Origin: Mesotaenium endlicherianum
Lineage: Eukaryota
Reading direction: 5' to 3'
Assembly: GCA_009602735.1 (NCBI GenBank)
Contig: WELA01002258.1
Coordinates: 574,594 to 638,593, forward strand
Length of the DNA stretch: 64,000 bases
Both the position numbers and the translations under genes were made by a program. A model generated the notes under the pieces. It ran no database searches and had not been told where the DNA came from. It saw nothing but the letters and a program-made list of their open reading frames with translations. Shown here one piece after another: positions 1-11,605 of this stretch (positions are counted from its first letter, which is position 1; each line of letters starts with the position of its first letter).

Positions 1-80
<80 letters not shown>
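1..80. repeat. (TC)n microsatellite, truncated by the window edge
   Basis: Perfect TC dinucleotide run at 1-80. Confidence 0.98.
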
Positions 81-84
<4 letters not shown>

Positions 85-168
85 GAGAGTTTGCATGCGC
101 TTGCGTGCGTGCGCTCTGCTCTTTCTATTATCGTGTATTCCGGTGTGTGCGGCGGGCTGAAGGCGCAG

Positions 169-222
169 GTGACCACGACGGCGGACACGCTGGGGCATGT
201 GTATGGGGTGCTGGGCAAGCGG
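169..222 (+). pseudogene. Possible exon fragment of an EF-2/EFL1-type translation GTPase (domain V)
   Basis: After a CAG acceptor it reads VTTTADTLGHVYGVLGKR, resembling the recalled EF-2/EFL1 domain V motif (LGxVYxVLxKRR). It ends abruptly in pyrimidine-rich sequence with no canonical GT donor. Confidence 0.35.
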
Positions 223-857
223 CTCTCTCTTGCACCTCCTTTCTCCCTGTGCATGCGCACGCGTGTGGTTGCATGCTCACAAGATGTGCGTGCATGGATG
301 GGATGGCAGGGCCTGGGGCAGAGTTCATGGGCGGCGGACTGGTCACCTCGTGGCAGTGTGTGCTGACCTGCTGCTGGCTGACTGTCCGTGCGTGCCCTTG
401 CGCTCTCTCTCTCTCCCCTCCTTGTCCTGTTCATGTCCCTCTCTCTCTCTCCGCCTCGACGTGTCTATCCCTCTTTGAGTGGTGCTTTCACCTGTAAGTA
501 TTTGTTTTATTTGACGGACAATTTACATTTTTTGTTTGTTTTTGCTGGAGAATGAGGCGAATGAGAGGTGGTAGAGGCACTTCCACGAGGTGGTTGCATC
601 CTCTGTAGCTGGATACTGAGCTCCTAGACACTAAGATGTAGGACAGACTTGGGAACTATCATGCTTGTGAGGTAGAGCTTAGCTCTAACATTTCTATTAG
701 GTGGCTGTAGAGGTACAAATTATATTAATATTGGGATCTCATATTTTTATCTAGGGTCTTAATGTCTGTACCAATTTTATCAATATAAATATGATTTTTG
801 ACAAGAAGCTCCAAATTGGCATGCAGGTGAATTGCCTTTCATAATGAGGTCAAAATC

Positions 858-925
858 CACCTGGTTGAAAGGTTGGAAAACCCACCTCGTTGAAAGGTGG
901 GAAAACCCACTTGGGTAAAGGTTGG
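858..925. repeat. About 25-bp tandem repeat, about 3 copies
   Basis: ccacctggttgaaaggttggaaaac / ccacctcgttgaaaggtgggaaaac / ccacttgggtaaaggttgg. Confidence 0.8.
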
Positions 926-2219
926 TAGTACAATTCCGAGAGAAAGTAGGTTTTCCTACTTTTGGCTACAGATGATGCCAGACAAAGTGCACAAAATTTT
1001 TGTATGTTTTCCAACCCCTTAAAAAGTATGAAACGACATACAGGCCTACCTTAACGGCCTCAAAACGGCCGTTTTCCCCCTTGTCCATTCTCAGGGTGGG
1101 GGTGGAAACTCCCTTTGAGAATTCGGGTGAAATAGCGCCCAAGATTCAAGATTTTAAATTAGCGCCCTGAAATCAAAATGTCAATATTAGTACAGTGAAT
1201 TAGTGACCTTTAATCAAACAAATATGCATTTATAGCCTCTTGAAATTAAACTTGGGAAATTTAGTGACAGGATTCAAAGAATTATGCCTTTAAATTCAAA
1301 GCGGCAAAAAATTAGCACCCTGCTTCCCCCCCATGGGTTGGGTACTTTATTACGTCAGGCTACATCGTGCCTATATGGCACCTTCTCGCACTAAAAAGTG
1401 ATCCAAAGTCTTCCCACGAAAATATACACACATGCAGTGCGGAGCCGCGGGCCCATTGAGTGCAAATGGTATATCAAAGACTTGGACCTGCACCTCTTGG
1501 AGGCTGGGTGACATCAGATTTCGTCTCAGGCTTCATTCATTCATCAAATGTGTCTTGGCATCTTCCTCAAAGTTACATAAGACTCCCCATCTTTTTTGGC
1601 GCATACAATGTGAAGACACAATTTGCTACAAAAGAGAATGCCAGCACTTACTTTCGTGTCCTGTTTTGAATTTCAATCAACAAACTTCTGTTGCTTCTGT
1701 CTTTTTCTCTAAGCATGTTGCCATTTCCTTCGGCAACGGATTTACGTAGGAGCAGGTGCTCCATCTGAGTTGAAGTGCATGTTCGACGAGATGGTCTCCC
1801 CCATGTCATTCGCGTAAAAATTTATGGCTAGTGATAGTGCAGAATGTGAGGTTACAAAGAGGTATACAGAGCAAAAAATTTTATGCCAGACAAGCACTTC
1901 CGATACCTCAGATATGCAAAGCTGGACAACTGAAAGCATTAAGCCAGAGGAGTGCCAGGCTGTTGTAAAAGCTGGGCTTGTTAGATTTGCGCTGAGTTGG
2001 GACAGAAAATACACTCAGGAGGCATGCAATGGAGGCTTCTCTCTGTGCTTGGCTGAAGAGACGGTCAATGGTGCTGTGGACGACTGGTTCTCTTTCCTCA
2101 TGGAGTATGCAAGCGAAGAAGGTGTCAACATCTCTACTTTGCTCTCCAAAGACTTCTGCATGTGGAAAAGAGTCTCAGAGAAGTTGCACAGCACGTCAGA
2201 TGAACAAGAGCATGCCAGC

Positions 2220-3439
2220 TGTAATGAATCAATATATTGGTAGATATAATATTCATTTAAAATTTAATAGTAAATAAGTTCAGCCTGTTGAACTTAGTTA
2301 GTATTGAGTCCGCTGGACTTTATATAATTACCACTTAATGACTCAATCGGGAGCAGCAGGTTGAAGTCTACTAGGTCAGCTTGCTGACACATTCTTTGCC
2401 AGCCAGCTACCTTTTGTACTCGGTAGCAGCGAACTGCCTAGATATGCATCTAAGTGTGGTGTGCTAGATAAATGGCCAGATGACATCCTTCGGATGGATG
2501 GCAATTTGGGATGATGGGAGATGCCAGTGGATTTAATTAACCGAGGTCCTACCAATGTGGTTAACTCCCGGGTAGGCGGTGTGTAGTGAAACAGATAGAT
2601 AAAGTACTTAGTAAAACAGAATACTTTATCTATTCAAGACAAGGATCTTTGAACACAAGTGGTAGCTTCTTGAAAGAGAGATGGCTTCTTGAAAGTTAAT
2701 ATATTTCTGGATTTTGGCAAGTACAAGAGTGATTCTGGGATGTCTTTCTATGTTCTAGCTCTTGTTTATATACTTGCTACATAAGTAATTTCTAGGAAGG
2801 TGTATGTTGATGTGTTGGCACCCAACACATCCCAAAACTTGCCACCTCTTTCTAGAATAATGTACACATGTCCTTTTGACCTAAAAATGGCACATCTGAC
2901 TTTTGCCACATGGAGTTCTTCTAGGTCTTTCCTCTAACTTCGAAAATGCCTTGGAAGGTTCAAAGGACATGAACCAAGTTACTAGAGTACCTATTCACAC
3001 TTGACTCCACACCATACTACTTCAAATATATTTGAAAACATTAAAATATATGCAAACTAATGTATAATAACTCAAATCACTACACGGTGCCATCGCACTG
3101 GCCGTTGAACAGTAAACTCATTCCATGTACATATGCTAGGTATTGCCCTCGAGTTCGGCATTCAAAAACAAGGCCAATTCTCTTGTACAGCTTACTGAGA
3201 GGGATCTGAATCCAAGGCGAGAAGCCATTGATATGCACTGTCTCTTAGCCTTCCTTATGTGTGAGTATACTGATTGCATTATTGATGCTAAATCCATTTG
3301 ACTTACGAGTATTGTCCACTGCTAGTGTGTTGTCTTTTTGCTATTTAATCATTTAATAGAAAATACCATAGAGTCTACTTGCTGATATAAAGATCTTCAT
3401 TAATTGTTAATCGCCTATTTGGTAAGTCGATTCATTTCA
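2220..3439 (+). repeat. Family B 5' LTR (about 712 bp excluding the nested solo LTR)
   Basis: Termini TGTAATGAATC...GATTCATTTCA (TG..CA, imperfect terminal inverted repeat). Colinear with 13747-14459 once 2582-3089 is removed. Confidence 0.92.
2582..3084 (-). mobile_element. Solo LTR of family A nested in the family B LTR
   Basis: TGTAGTGA...TCACTACA, near-identical to the LTRs of 19596-26274. 5-bp TSD CGGTG at 2577-2581 and 3085-3089. Confidence 0.96.
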
Positions 3440-3444
3440 CCTCA

Positions 3445-5199
3445 CCTTCCTACGTGCAATCATGCAATGCAGTAGGATAGGGGGGACTGTATTTTCCTGA
3501 CTTTCGCATTGTTCTCCTGACTTATGTGAGAAATGTTGGACATCAGGTGGAACAAGATCGTCCAGAGTGTGCACTCTCTGGAGATCTATATTGCTGATGG
3601 TCTCCTTCATCTGGTTGTCAGGCATGCATAGTAAATCCAGTTCAGCAGGACCCATAATACCTGCTACGAGGGCAGCTAGTGACGACTCACTATCTCTAGC
3701 ATCCTCACAGTCAGTAGACTGGATTACTGACTGTTGCTGTCTTTTAAAGGCTGGTCTTTTCTCTCGACCTTCGGAAGGTGCTTGTCTGGACACTGCTCTC
3801 TGAAGTGACCTGGCTGCTGGCAATGGAAGCAAATTGATTTTGCTGAGGCTGGTCTCGGCTTAGTCCTACCACCACCTCTTTTGTAGCCGCTTCGAGAGGA
3901 ACCACCTCTCCCTCTAGACTGCATAGCATTGTACTCATACCCATATTCATCACCCTGATCATCCTCAGCATGGTCTCCTTCAATTGCATTGTAGGAACCG
4001 TGGGACTTTTGACGACCTTAGACACCAAAGCATTACTCTGGCGCTTGTGATTGAACTGCTGCTGATCCCAGGCATCAGCATCCTGGATCAAGTCAGCCAG
4101 TTTCTTATACTTCTTCTCAGCAAAATGACCAGAGACTTCGGATTTCAAGTCATACCTGGAGTATGCTATCCTATACCACTCTGGCAAGTCTGGCTGCTTC
4201 ATCATGTTCTCTTGGAACTTTTGAGCAAACATAGCAAATGAAGTGGTCTGCTTCAGTATCAAGGAGATCATTGCATAGATAGCTTTCTCCTTCTGATTGA
4301 TCACATCAAACTTCTCATGCAGTTTCTCGACAAACTCTACCCAAGTAGGGTCACCAAGTTGTTGAGCCTCTGTTCTTTTTTCCAGTATAGCCACCAGTCT
4401 GCTGCACTGCCTTTCAGTGTGGCACCAGTGTGCCTGACCTTCTTGTGATATTGCAGTTCTGGGTAGTTCTCCAGCCACTGCTCAACATCAGCGAGAAACT
4501 TGATCAGGTAATACTTTTTGTTACCCTTAGGATCGTAATCTTGGGGAGGTTTCGGCTTGGGCTTACTAGGCCCTCTGCCACCACCACCAGTGGTTTGAGA
4601 ACCGAGTTGGTCTCGGTCTCGCAGCAGAGACATTATGATTCTTTTGTCATCCTGTTGAGACTGGTACATGCTCGCCATTTGCGATTGCATTTGCACGAAC
4701 AATGCTCCCAAATCCACACTCTGAGGTGGAAGTCTAGCAAATGCAGCAATAGCAGTGGCATCGACTCGCTGAGTAGTGTCCCAAACAGTCCCTCTTGATC
4801 CTGCAACAGCAATTCCTGCCGCATTCAGCCGGTCACGAATTTGACCTAGGGGCACATTGACTGTATAGTAGGAGGTGGGTTCAAAACATTGGCCCTTGAT
4901 GCCATAAGTTCTTCGACAGTGCGCTCGTCCGCTGGCTGTCCTTCCCTCCTTTCTGTATCTTCAGCAGCCTTTGCTAATTGTTCAACTTCTAATCTGGCTC
5001 TCTCCTCCTCAGCTTGCTGTGCTGCGACTGCGGCAATAGCAGCTGCCTCATCTGCAGCCTCTCTAGCTGCAGTATCTGCCACGGCTTCAGAATAGGTACG
5101 CGTTCCCGCTATATGGCTTTCAGCCTGATTTTTGACACTCTCGTTATCCTGGTTTTCTATGTCTCGGGAGTTGCTAGTGTGAGACCTTGTCCTTACCAT
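3445..5199 (-). pseudogene. Family B gag plus start of pol/protease (frameshifted; inverted relative to the rest of the element)
   Basis: Overlapping minus-strand ORFs starting MVRTRS.., gag core (KPKPPQDYD, AADWW, W.EFVEKL), zinc knuckle CFHCQQPGHFREQC, then the pol frame ending ..LHCMIARRKVR at the inversion breakpoint. Confidence 0.9.
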
Positions 5200-5220
5200 A
5201 CAAAGAAGATTATGATAACA

Positions 5221-5232
5221 GCTCCAATACCA
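5221..5232 (-). promoter_or_regulatory. Primer-binding site (tRNA-iMet type) of element B
   Basis: Minus strand TGGTATTGGAGC, one base after the LTR end at 5234. The canonical plant iMet PBS is TGGTATCAGAGC. Confidence 0.8.
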
Positions 5233-5507
5233 CTGAAATGAATCGACTTACCAAATAGGCGATCAACAATTAATGAAGACCTTTATATCAGCAAGTATTC
5301 TTTATGGTATTTTCTATTAATTGATTAAACAGCAAAAGACAACTAACTAGCAGTTGACAATACTCGGAAGTCAAATGGAAGTAAACTAGCATCAATAATG
5401 CAATCAGTAAACTCACACATAAGAAAGGCTAGGAGACAGTGCATATTAATGGCTTCTCGCCTTGGATTCAGATCTCTCTCAATAAGCTATACAAGAGAGT
5501 TGGCCTC

Positions 5508-6847
5508 TGTAATGAATCAATTCAATATTTATTTAATTAATTGCATATATAAATATAACACTAAATAAGTATTATGTCTATATACTCACATGTGCGAGTT
5601 CATCTAAATGAATGTATGTCGATGTAATGCGAGTTTACTTACTTTGTCAAAAAGGTCAGCAGGATGAGACTTTTGTACCATAGTGTAGTTTGCTGACTTT
5701 GTTGAAAAGGTCAGCAGGATGACTTTTGTATCATAGTGTAGTTTGTTGACTTTGTGGAAAAGGTCAACAGGATGACTTTTGTATCATAGTGTAGTTTGTT
5801 GACTTTGTTGTAGTTTGCTGAGATTTATATATCAGTTATATATAGGATATAATATCAGTAGGTTGACATATAGTAAGCTCGCTTGATATTAGTCAATATA
5901 CTTAGCTGTACGCTGAGGATAGACATATTCATTTAGATTGTTATTTGTAGATTGGCACATGTGACCGAAGTATACTGAAAGTCAGGAGGTCGACTGAGAT
6001 TCGTTAAACCAATGTCCTACCAGCGTGGTTAACTCCTGGGTAGGCGGAGCTGTCGTCAGTCAACCGAACGGTTAGGACTTCAGTCAATCAATTCCGACCA
6101 ATTAATATGGTCGTTATACCTAGATCCGTGGGTCCCAACTTAACGGGTTTCCCACAAAACGGCGCACCTTGCGCCGTGGTCAACCAGGTGGTCACTAGGT
6201 ACATAGCAGGCTGGGATCTCGTGGTCCCTCATTCTAGACAGTAGGCTTTACAGTCGGATTTCTACTTGCAAGTGATGTGTGCACTTTTTGGGTTTGTTCT
6301 AATGACCAGCTTTCACGGAATTTGCCATGGCTGCTTTGTTTGCACTCCATTTGGAGCAAACTAGGACTTTTCAGAAAGGTCTCGTCAAGATGCATCCGTT
6401 GCCGTTAAGTTTGCTCAATTTGAAATAGTATTGACAGAGTTATGCCCTCTGACATTTCTGGGTCACACAGCGGACAGATTCCATGCTTTTTGCACCTAAG
6501 TCAGTGGGATGTGTTTGAGCTACTTTATGGTCATCTGAATGAGAGCGCCTTTGCTATTCAGTCCCCTGATGTTGTGTATGTGCTTACACATGCTTGTATG
6601 CCTGGCAGGCAAGAGGTCATGAGTTTCTAAAGGAGAAGCTCTAGTCCTCAAGCTCGCCTCTTTCTTGTGCCTTGTATTCGCGTGCAACTATGGCACACTA
6701 CTATAAGTGAGTCAAGGGTTATAGATAAGTAAACGGAATTTATTATAAGGGCGAAAATCGCTCCCTGATTTCACGCGCTTCCCCCTATCTCTGATCTTAT
6801 GTATTTAAATGAAATATATTAATCTTGAATAAGCAAGATTCATTTCA
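5508..6847 (+). mobile_element. Element C: 1340-bp solo-LTR-like insert with family-B-type termini
   Basis: Termini TGTAATGAATC...GATTCATTTCA are identical to those of the B LTR. 5-bp TSD GCCTC at 5503-5507 and 6848-6852. No retroelement ORF; internal sequence largely different from B. Confidence 0.88.
5632..5820. repeat. 53-bp tandem repeat, about 3.5 copies, within element C
   Basis: Unit agtttgctgactttgttgaaaaggtcagcaggatgacttttgtatcatagtgt. Confidence 0.9.
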
Positions 6848-7280
6848 GCCTCATTTCCAAATGCCGAACTCGAGAGTAATACCTAGCATATGTACATGGA
6901 ATGAGTTTACTGTTCAACGACCAGTGCGATGGCACCGCCTACCCGGGAGTTAACCACGTTGGTAGGACCTCGGTTAACCAAATCCACCACCATCTCCTAT
7001 CATCCCAAATCGCCATCCATTCTAAGGATGTCAACTGGCCAGTCATCTAGCCCACCATACCTAATTGCATATCTAGGCAGTTTGCTGCTACCGAGTACGG
7101 AAGTCAGCTGGTTGTCAAAGAATGTGTTAGCAAGCTGACCTAAGTTGACTTCAGCTTGCTGTCCCCAGCTGCTGTCCCCGACTGATTATTCTATAAAATC
7201 CAGTAGACTCAATATTAACTAAAGTTCAGCAGCCTTAACTTATTTAACTATTATATCAAGCAATATACTGATTCATTACA

Positions 7281-10200
7281 TGAGGGCATTTGTTGACGGA
7301 GAGGCGTCACATACTTTTATCCACAAGGACTTAGTTAAGCGGCTAAGGCTGCCTACTATCACCCAAGGGAACATAAAAATATTCCTTGGAGATGCCTCAA
7401 GTATCCCGGGAGGAATTATAACCAACCCTATTGAGGTCCAGTTAGGTTCTGGCATTGCAATTCTAACTGAAACGCTTACATTGGAGGTACTCAACACTGG
7501 CTTTTATGATCTTGTGCTAGACATGTCCTGGCTTAATAGACATCAAGCTCAAGTGTGTTGGAGCAAAGGTACAGTTAAAGTGAGAGGAGCCAGTGATGGG
7601 CAGACTAACTTGGCACCCACCAGTGCTCTTCCTCTTGTCCTGTATGGATGGCAAATGAAGGAAAAGAAGAGGCTTCCAGGAGAATGCAAATTGCTGAATG
7701 CAATAGAGTTCATCGAAAGCTGGAACCAAAAGGAAGTATAATTTTCTGTCTGCTGCTAAGAGAGGTACCTCCTCAACCTGAAGAAGTGGTTGAGAAAAAG
7801 GTAAGCCCTCCGGAGCACCCTACTGTTGCAAAAGTTATTGCTCAGTACACGGATGTTTTTAATATGCCTCCAAGACTACCTCCTAAGAGGGAAGTGGATC
7901 ACAGGATTGACTTATTACCCGCGAATCAGCCACCCTGGCAACGCCCTTATGGCTTGTCTTATGTGGAGAGCAAAGAGTTGAAAACATAGATTGCAGAGTT
8001 TGAGGAGAATGGTTACATTTCCCCCAGTAAATTACCTTATGGCGCACCCATCCTCTTTGTTAAGAAAAAAGATGGGAGTATGCGGATGTGCGTTGATTAC
8101 AAAGCTCTTAACAAAATTACAGTGAAGAACAAGTATGCTTTACCCAAAATCGAGGACTTGCTTGATACCCTGTCTGGTGCTAAAGTGTTCAATAAGATAG
8201 ATCTCAAGAGTGGTTATCAACAAATCAGAATTGCTGAGGGGGATGAACATGAGACTGCCTTCCGCACACGTTATGGACATTATGAGTTCAACGTGATGCC
8301 ATTTGGACTGACTAATGCTCCTGCTACCTTCATGGGTGGTATGAATGACATTTTCAGACCTTATTTGGATAAGTTTGTGCAAGTTTTCCTGGATGATATT
8401 TTAATTTTCTCTAAAGATGAAGCTCAGCATGCTGAACACTTAAAAACAGTCATAGACACTCTGAGAAGAAACCAGTTGTATGCTAATATGAGCAAGGGTG
8501 ATTTCTTGAAGGACAGTATTAAATTTCTAGGCCACGTTGTCAACAAAGAAGGCATCAGTGTGGATCCTAAGAAAGTCCAGACCATAAAGGACTGGCCTGT
8601 ACCACAATCTGTCCGCGAAGTTAGATTCTTCCTTAGGTTGGCTAACTACTATAGGAGATTTATTGAGAATTATTCTACAAAGGCCAGTAAATTGACTGAC
8701 CTTACTAAGAAAGACATAGGGTATGTGTGGGGGGAAGAGCAGCAGGCTGCCTTCTAGACCCTTAAAGATGCTCTTTGTTCGCCCCAGTGCTAGCCGTGTA
8801 TGACCCCAACAAACTTGTGCAGGTGGTTACTGATGCTTCTGACTTTGCCATGGGTGCTATTTTGTTGCAGCCTGCTGACAAAACCACAAAGTATGGTAAG
8901 TTAAAGCAGGAGTGGCATCTCGTATTGTATGAGTCTATGAAATTTAATCCAGCTGAGATTAATTACTCTGTGCATGATAAAGAGCTGCTAGCTATCATTC
9001 ATGTGCTGAAACAGTGAAGAGCATACTTACATGGTAAAGCTTTTAAGGTGATCATCTAGCTCTGACTCACTTTCAGTAGAAGTCCAAGCTGTCGAGGAGG
9101 GAGATCGCTGGAGCCAGATGCTGGAGCAGTTCCAAGTCCAGATTGACTACAAACCACGGAAGTTAAATCTTGCTGATGCACCCTCTAGAAGACCTGACTT
9201 GCAAGAAAGGAACTTTAGTCAGCATGCTGTAGATAAGGTCCTTTGTGCACTCACTTCACTAAAGGTAAAAAAGTCCTTCTTTGAACAACTTAGGAAAGCC
9301 TACCTTTCTGACCCAACACTTGCACCCAGCCCCACTGATGGTCTGTGTCCTGCTACTGCTTTTGGGCATAAGCTTAAGAGAGGGGTCCGGGTGACTGAAA
9401 CCACTTCAGGCAGGCTGAAGCTGGTTATTCCTAATAACTAGGAAATAAGGTCCCTTTTACTGAGTCAAGCACATGACAGTTTACTGGATGGGCATTTGGG
9501 GCAGGCCAAAACTGTTGGCAAACTGGCAAAACATTATCATTAAGATGGATTTCCCCGGGAGGTCTTGAAATATGTTAAGTCCTGTGATAAGTGTCAAAGA
9601 AATAAGTCTAGGCACACACCATCTGGAGGTCCCTTACAACCACTGCCCATCCCAGCTGGACGCTGGGAAACAATATCCATGGACTGGGTGGTAACACTGC
9701 CACGAACTGCCAATGGGCATGATTCGATACTGGTAGTCGTGGATAAATTGACAAAAATGGTCATTCTCATCCAACTGTCAACGTAATTGCACTCGAAACA
9801 GCGAGACAGTTCTACAACCATGTAGTATGCCAACATGGGCTACCCTCTAATATAATCTCAGACAGAGACTCAAAATTTACCTCTAAGTTCTGGAGAGCTT
9901 TAATGGGGTTAATGGGAGTCAAACAGCTGCTCAGCATAGCAAGCCACCCTCAGACTGATGGGCAGACTGAAAGAACTAACCGAGTTCTGCAAGAGGTATT
10001 AAGAGCCTATATTAACCAAAAACAAGATAATTGGCATGACCTGTTACCCCAAATCCAATTTGCGGTCAACAGTGCGGTGCACGCGTCAACGGGCAAGACT
10101 CCTTTTGAACTTAGCCTGGGTAGAGTCCCTAAGTCTCCTTTAGATGTACTGGGGGAGTCTTTAACTCATCCTGAAGGGATTGACAATCCGGTCTCCCTCC

Positions 10201-11605
10201 AGTTAGCCCAGGAGTTTGCTGACACCCTGTCAGAAGCCCAACAGATCTGCACAAAGCCCAGGAAAACCAACAAAAAAAAATAAATCAGCACCGTCGCAAA
10301 CTGACATTTTCAAAGGGCGATTTGGTCAAACTGCATTCTCAGCACCTGTACCTACCTGGTGTGGTCAAGTAAAAGCTTGGTGTTGTCTGGGTCGGTCCAT
10401 ATTTGGTGGTGCGCCGTGTCGGTCAGTGCTTACAAACTGAACATGTCAGCAGAATACAAGGGTCACCTAGTCTTTAATGTCTCCTTCCTAGAACTATACA
10501 TTAAAGGTGACACACTGTTCACAGCCTAGTTCGAAAATCCGTACACAGCGTACACGCGTCAACGTACAGCACATACGTGCGATACATGTAGTTGCAAATT
10601 ATACGTCTTAATACGGGCAAATACGCCTCTGTCGGTCAATTAAATCGGAAAGCGTTATAATCCCGTGTGAAAACGTGGGAGTCTGACACCAAAGACGAGG
10701 AAGAAATTACTTCTCACTTTTGAACATGATCGGTCTAGTCACCTACTTGCACGGGGCTAATGTGACGGCTTTGTGTCGTGGCAAACTGTTAAGCAAAAGA
10801 CCGTCTTATGACAACACGCGTCTCTCCTTCCTGCCAGCTGTTTGACTTTCTCGAAGATTCATTTCCACTTTTCCGCTCTCCTGCTCTCTCTCAGTTCACG
10901 CTCACTTACCACACACTTTCGTATTGTAGGTTTGCAAAAAAGTACCAATCACCGCAGAACGCGTGCCATCTTATCTTTCCTCGTCCACTCAATGTGCGGT
11001 ATTAATGGGTAGCCACAGGTTAGGGTGAATCCTTATCGGGCGTTTTTCGTTTGCTCCCTGCATCCGATGGGCGTGTTTTCAGATTCTGGCCAGATTCTGA
11101 CCAGATTCAGACACACGTGTCTGACCTTTCCGTCAAAATCAAATAGTACGTGGAGTGCAAATACGTGTGGCGGGGCCGACGTGGTGACCGGGCAACTACT
11201 AAATAGCTGAAACAAACAAAACGTTTGCTAAACAAAAATAACGATTATACCGATGTTGCTCGATACGCGAATATTGACGTACGAAAGTACGGCGTATTGC
11301 GATACGTACTGTACGCCAAATATGGCCTATACGGACGGATTTTCAAACTAGGGTTCACAGGTCGGTAACCTGTCCAACCGGGACCGGTCCCCGCTGTCTA
11401 GGATGGTGACCCTGAGAAACATGAGGTCGAGGAGATTTTAGACGCTCGCTCTGTCCGTCGATCATCTAAATATGTCATGAAGTACCTAGTCAGATGGAAG
11501 CGTTACGATGCCTCTTGGGACACTTGGGACTTTAAAGACTAGCTGACCAATGCCAAAGGGACGTTGAAACGATTCCACCTTTGGGCGGCTGGCACCCCTT
11601 CCTAA
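7281..11605 (+). pseudogene. Family B pol (PR-RT-RNaseH-INT-chromodomain) with multiple stops and frameshifts
   Basis: AFVDGEASH (PR); [25 protein letters not shown] (RT); VVTDASDFA (RH); CDKCQ, SMDW, HPQTDGQTER (INT); HEVEEILDAR..YLVRWKRY..DTW (chromodomain, about 11420-11530). Confidence 0.93.
10525..11352. mobile_element. Non-autonomous TIR DNA transposon (MITE), probably hAT superfamily
   Basis: 18-bp TIR CCTAGTTCGAAAATCCGT / ACGGATTTTCAAACTAGG (1 mismatch). 8-bp TSD GTTCACAG at 10517-10524 and 11353-11360. TACG/CGTA-rich subterminal regions. Removal restores the integrase-to-chromodomain frame. Confidence 0.9.

Larger units (their letters stand above)
5234..7280 (-). repeat. Third, inverted family B LTR inside element B, interrupted by element C
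   Basis: 5234-5507 and 6853-7280 are the reverse complement of the B LTR; termini TGAAATGAATC..GATTCATTACA on the + strand. Confidence 0.92.

Noticed and set aside
2541..2581. Hammerhead/twister ribozyme or Cassandra-type 5S rRNA segment in the B/C LTR motif
   Set aside because: No CTGAnGA..GAAA core; twister loop and pseudoknot residues are not conserved between B and C; the 5S resemblance (ctcccgggtag) is too short.
3440..3452. PPT on the minus strand before the first B LTR (aggaaggtgagg)
   Set aside because: It is protease coding sequence (RKVR) at the inversion breakpoint, and the LTR orientation is wrong for a PPT.
5632..5820. CRISPR-like array of hairpin repeats
   Set aside because: Units are contiguous with near-identical 'spacers', there are no cas genes, and the context is a eukaryotic LTR.
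2220..7280. DIRS-like or TIR element, suggested by long inverted repeats flanking gag
   Set aside because: No tyrosine recombinase or transposase. The split TSD and the downstream gypsy pol explain it as an inversion.
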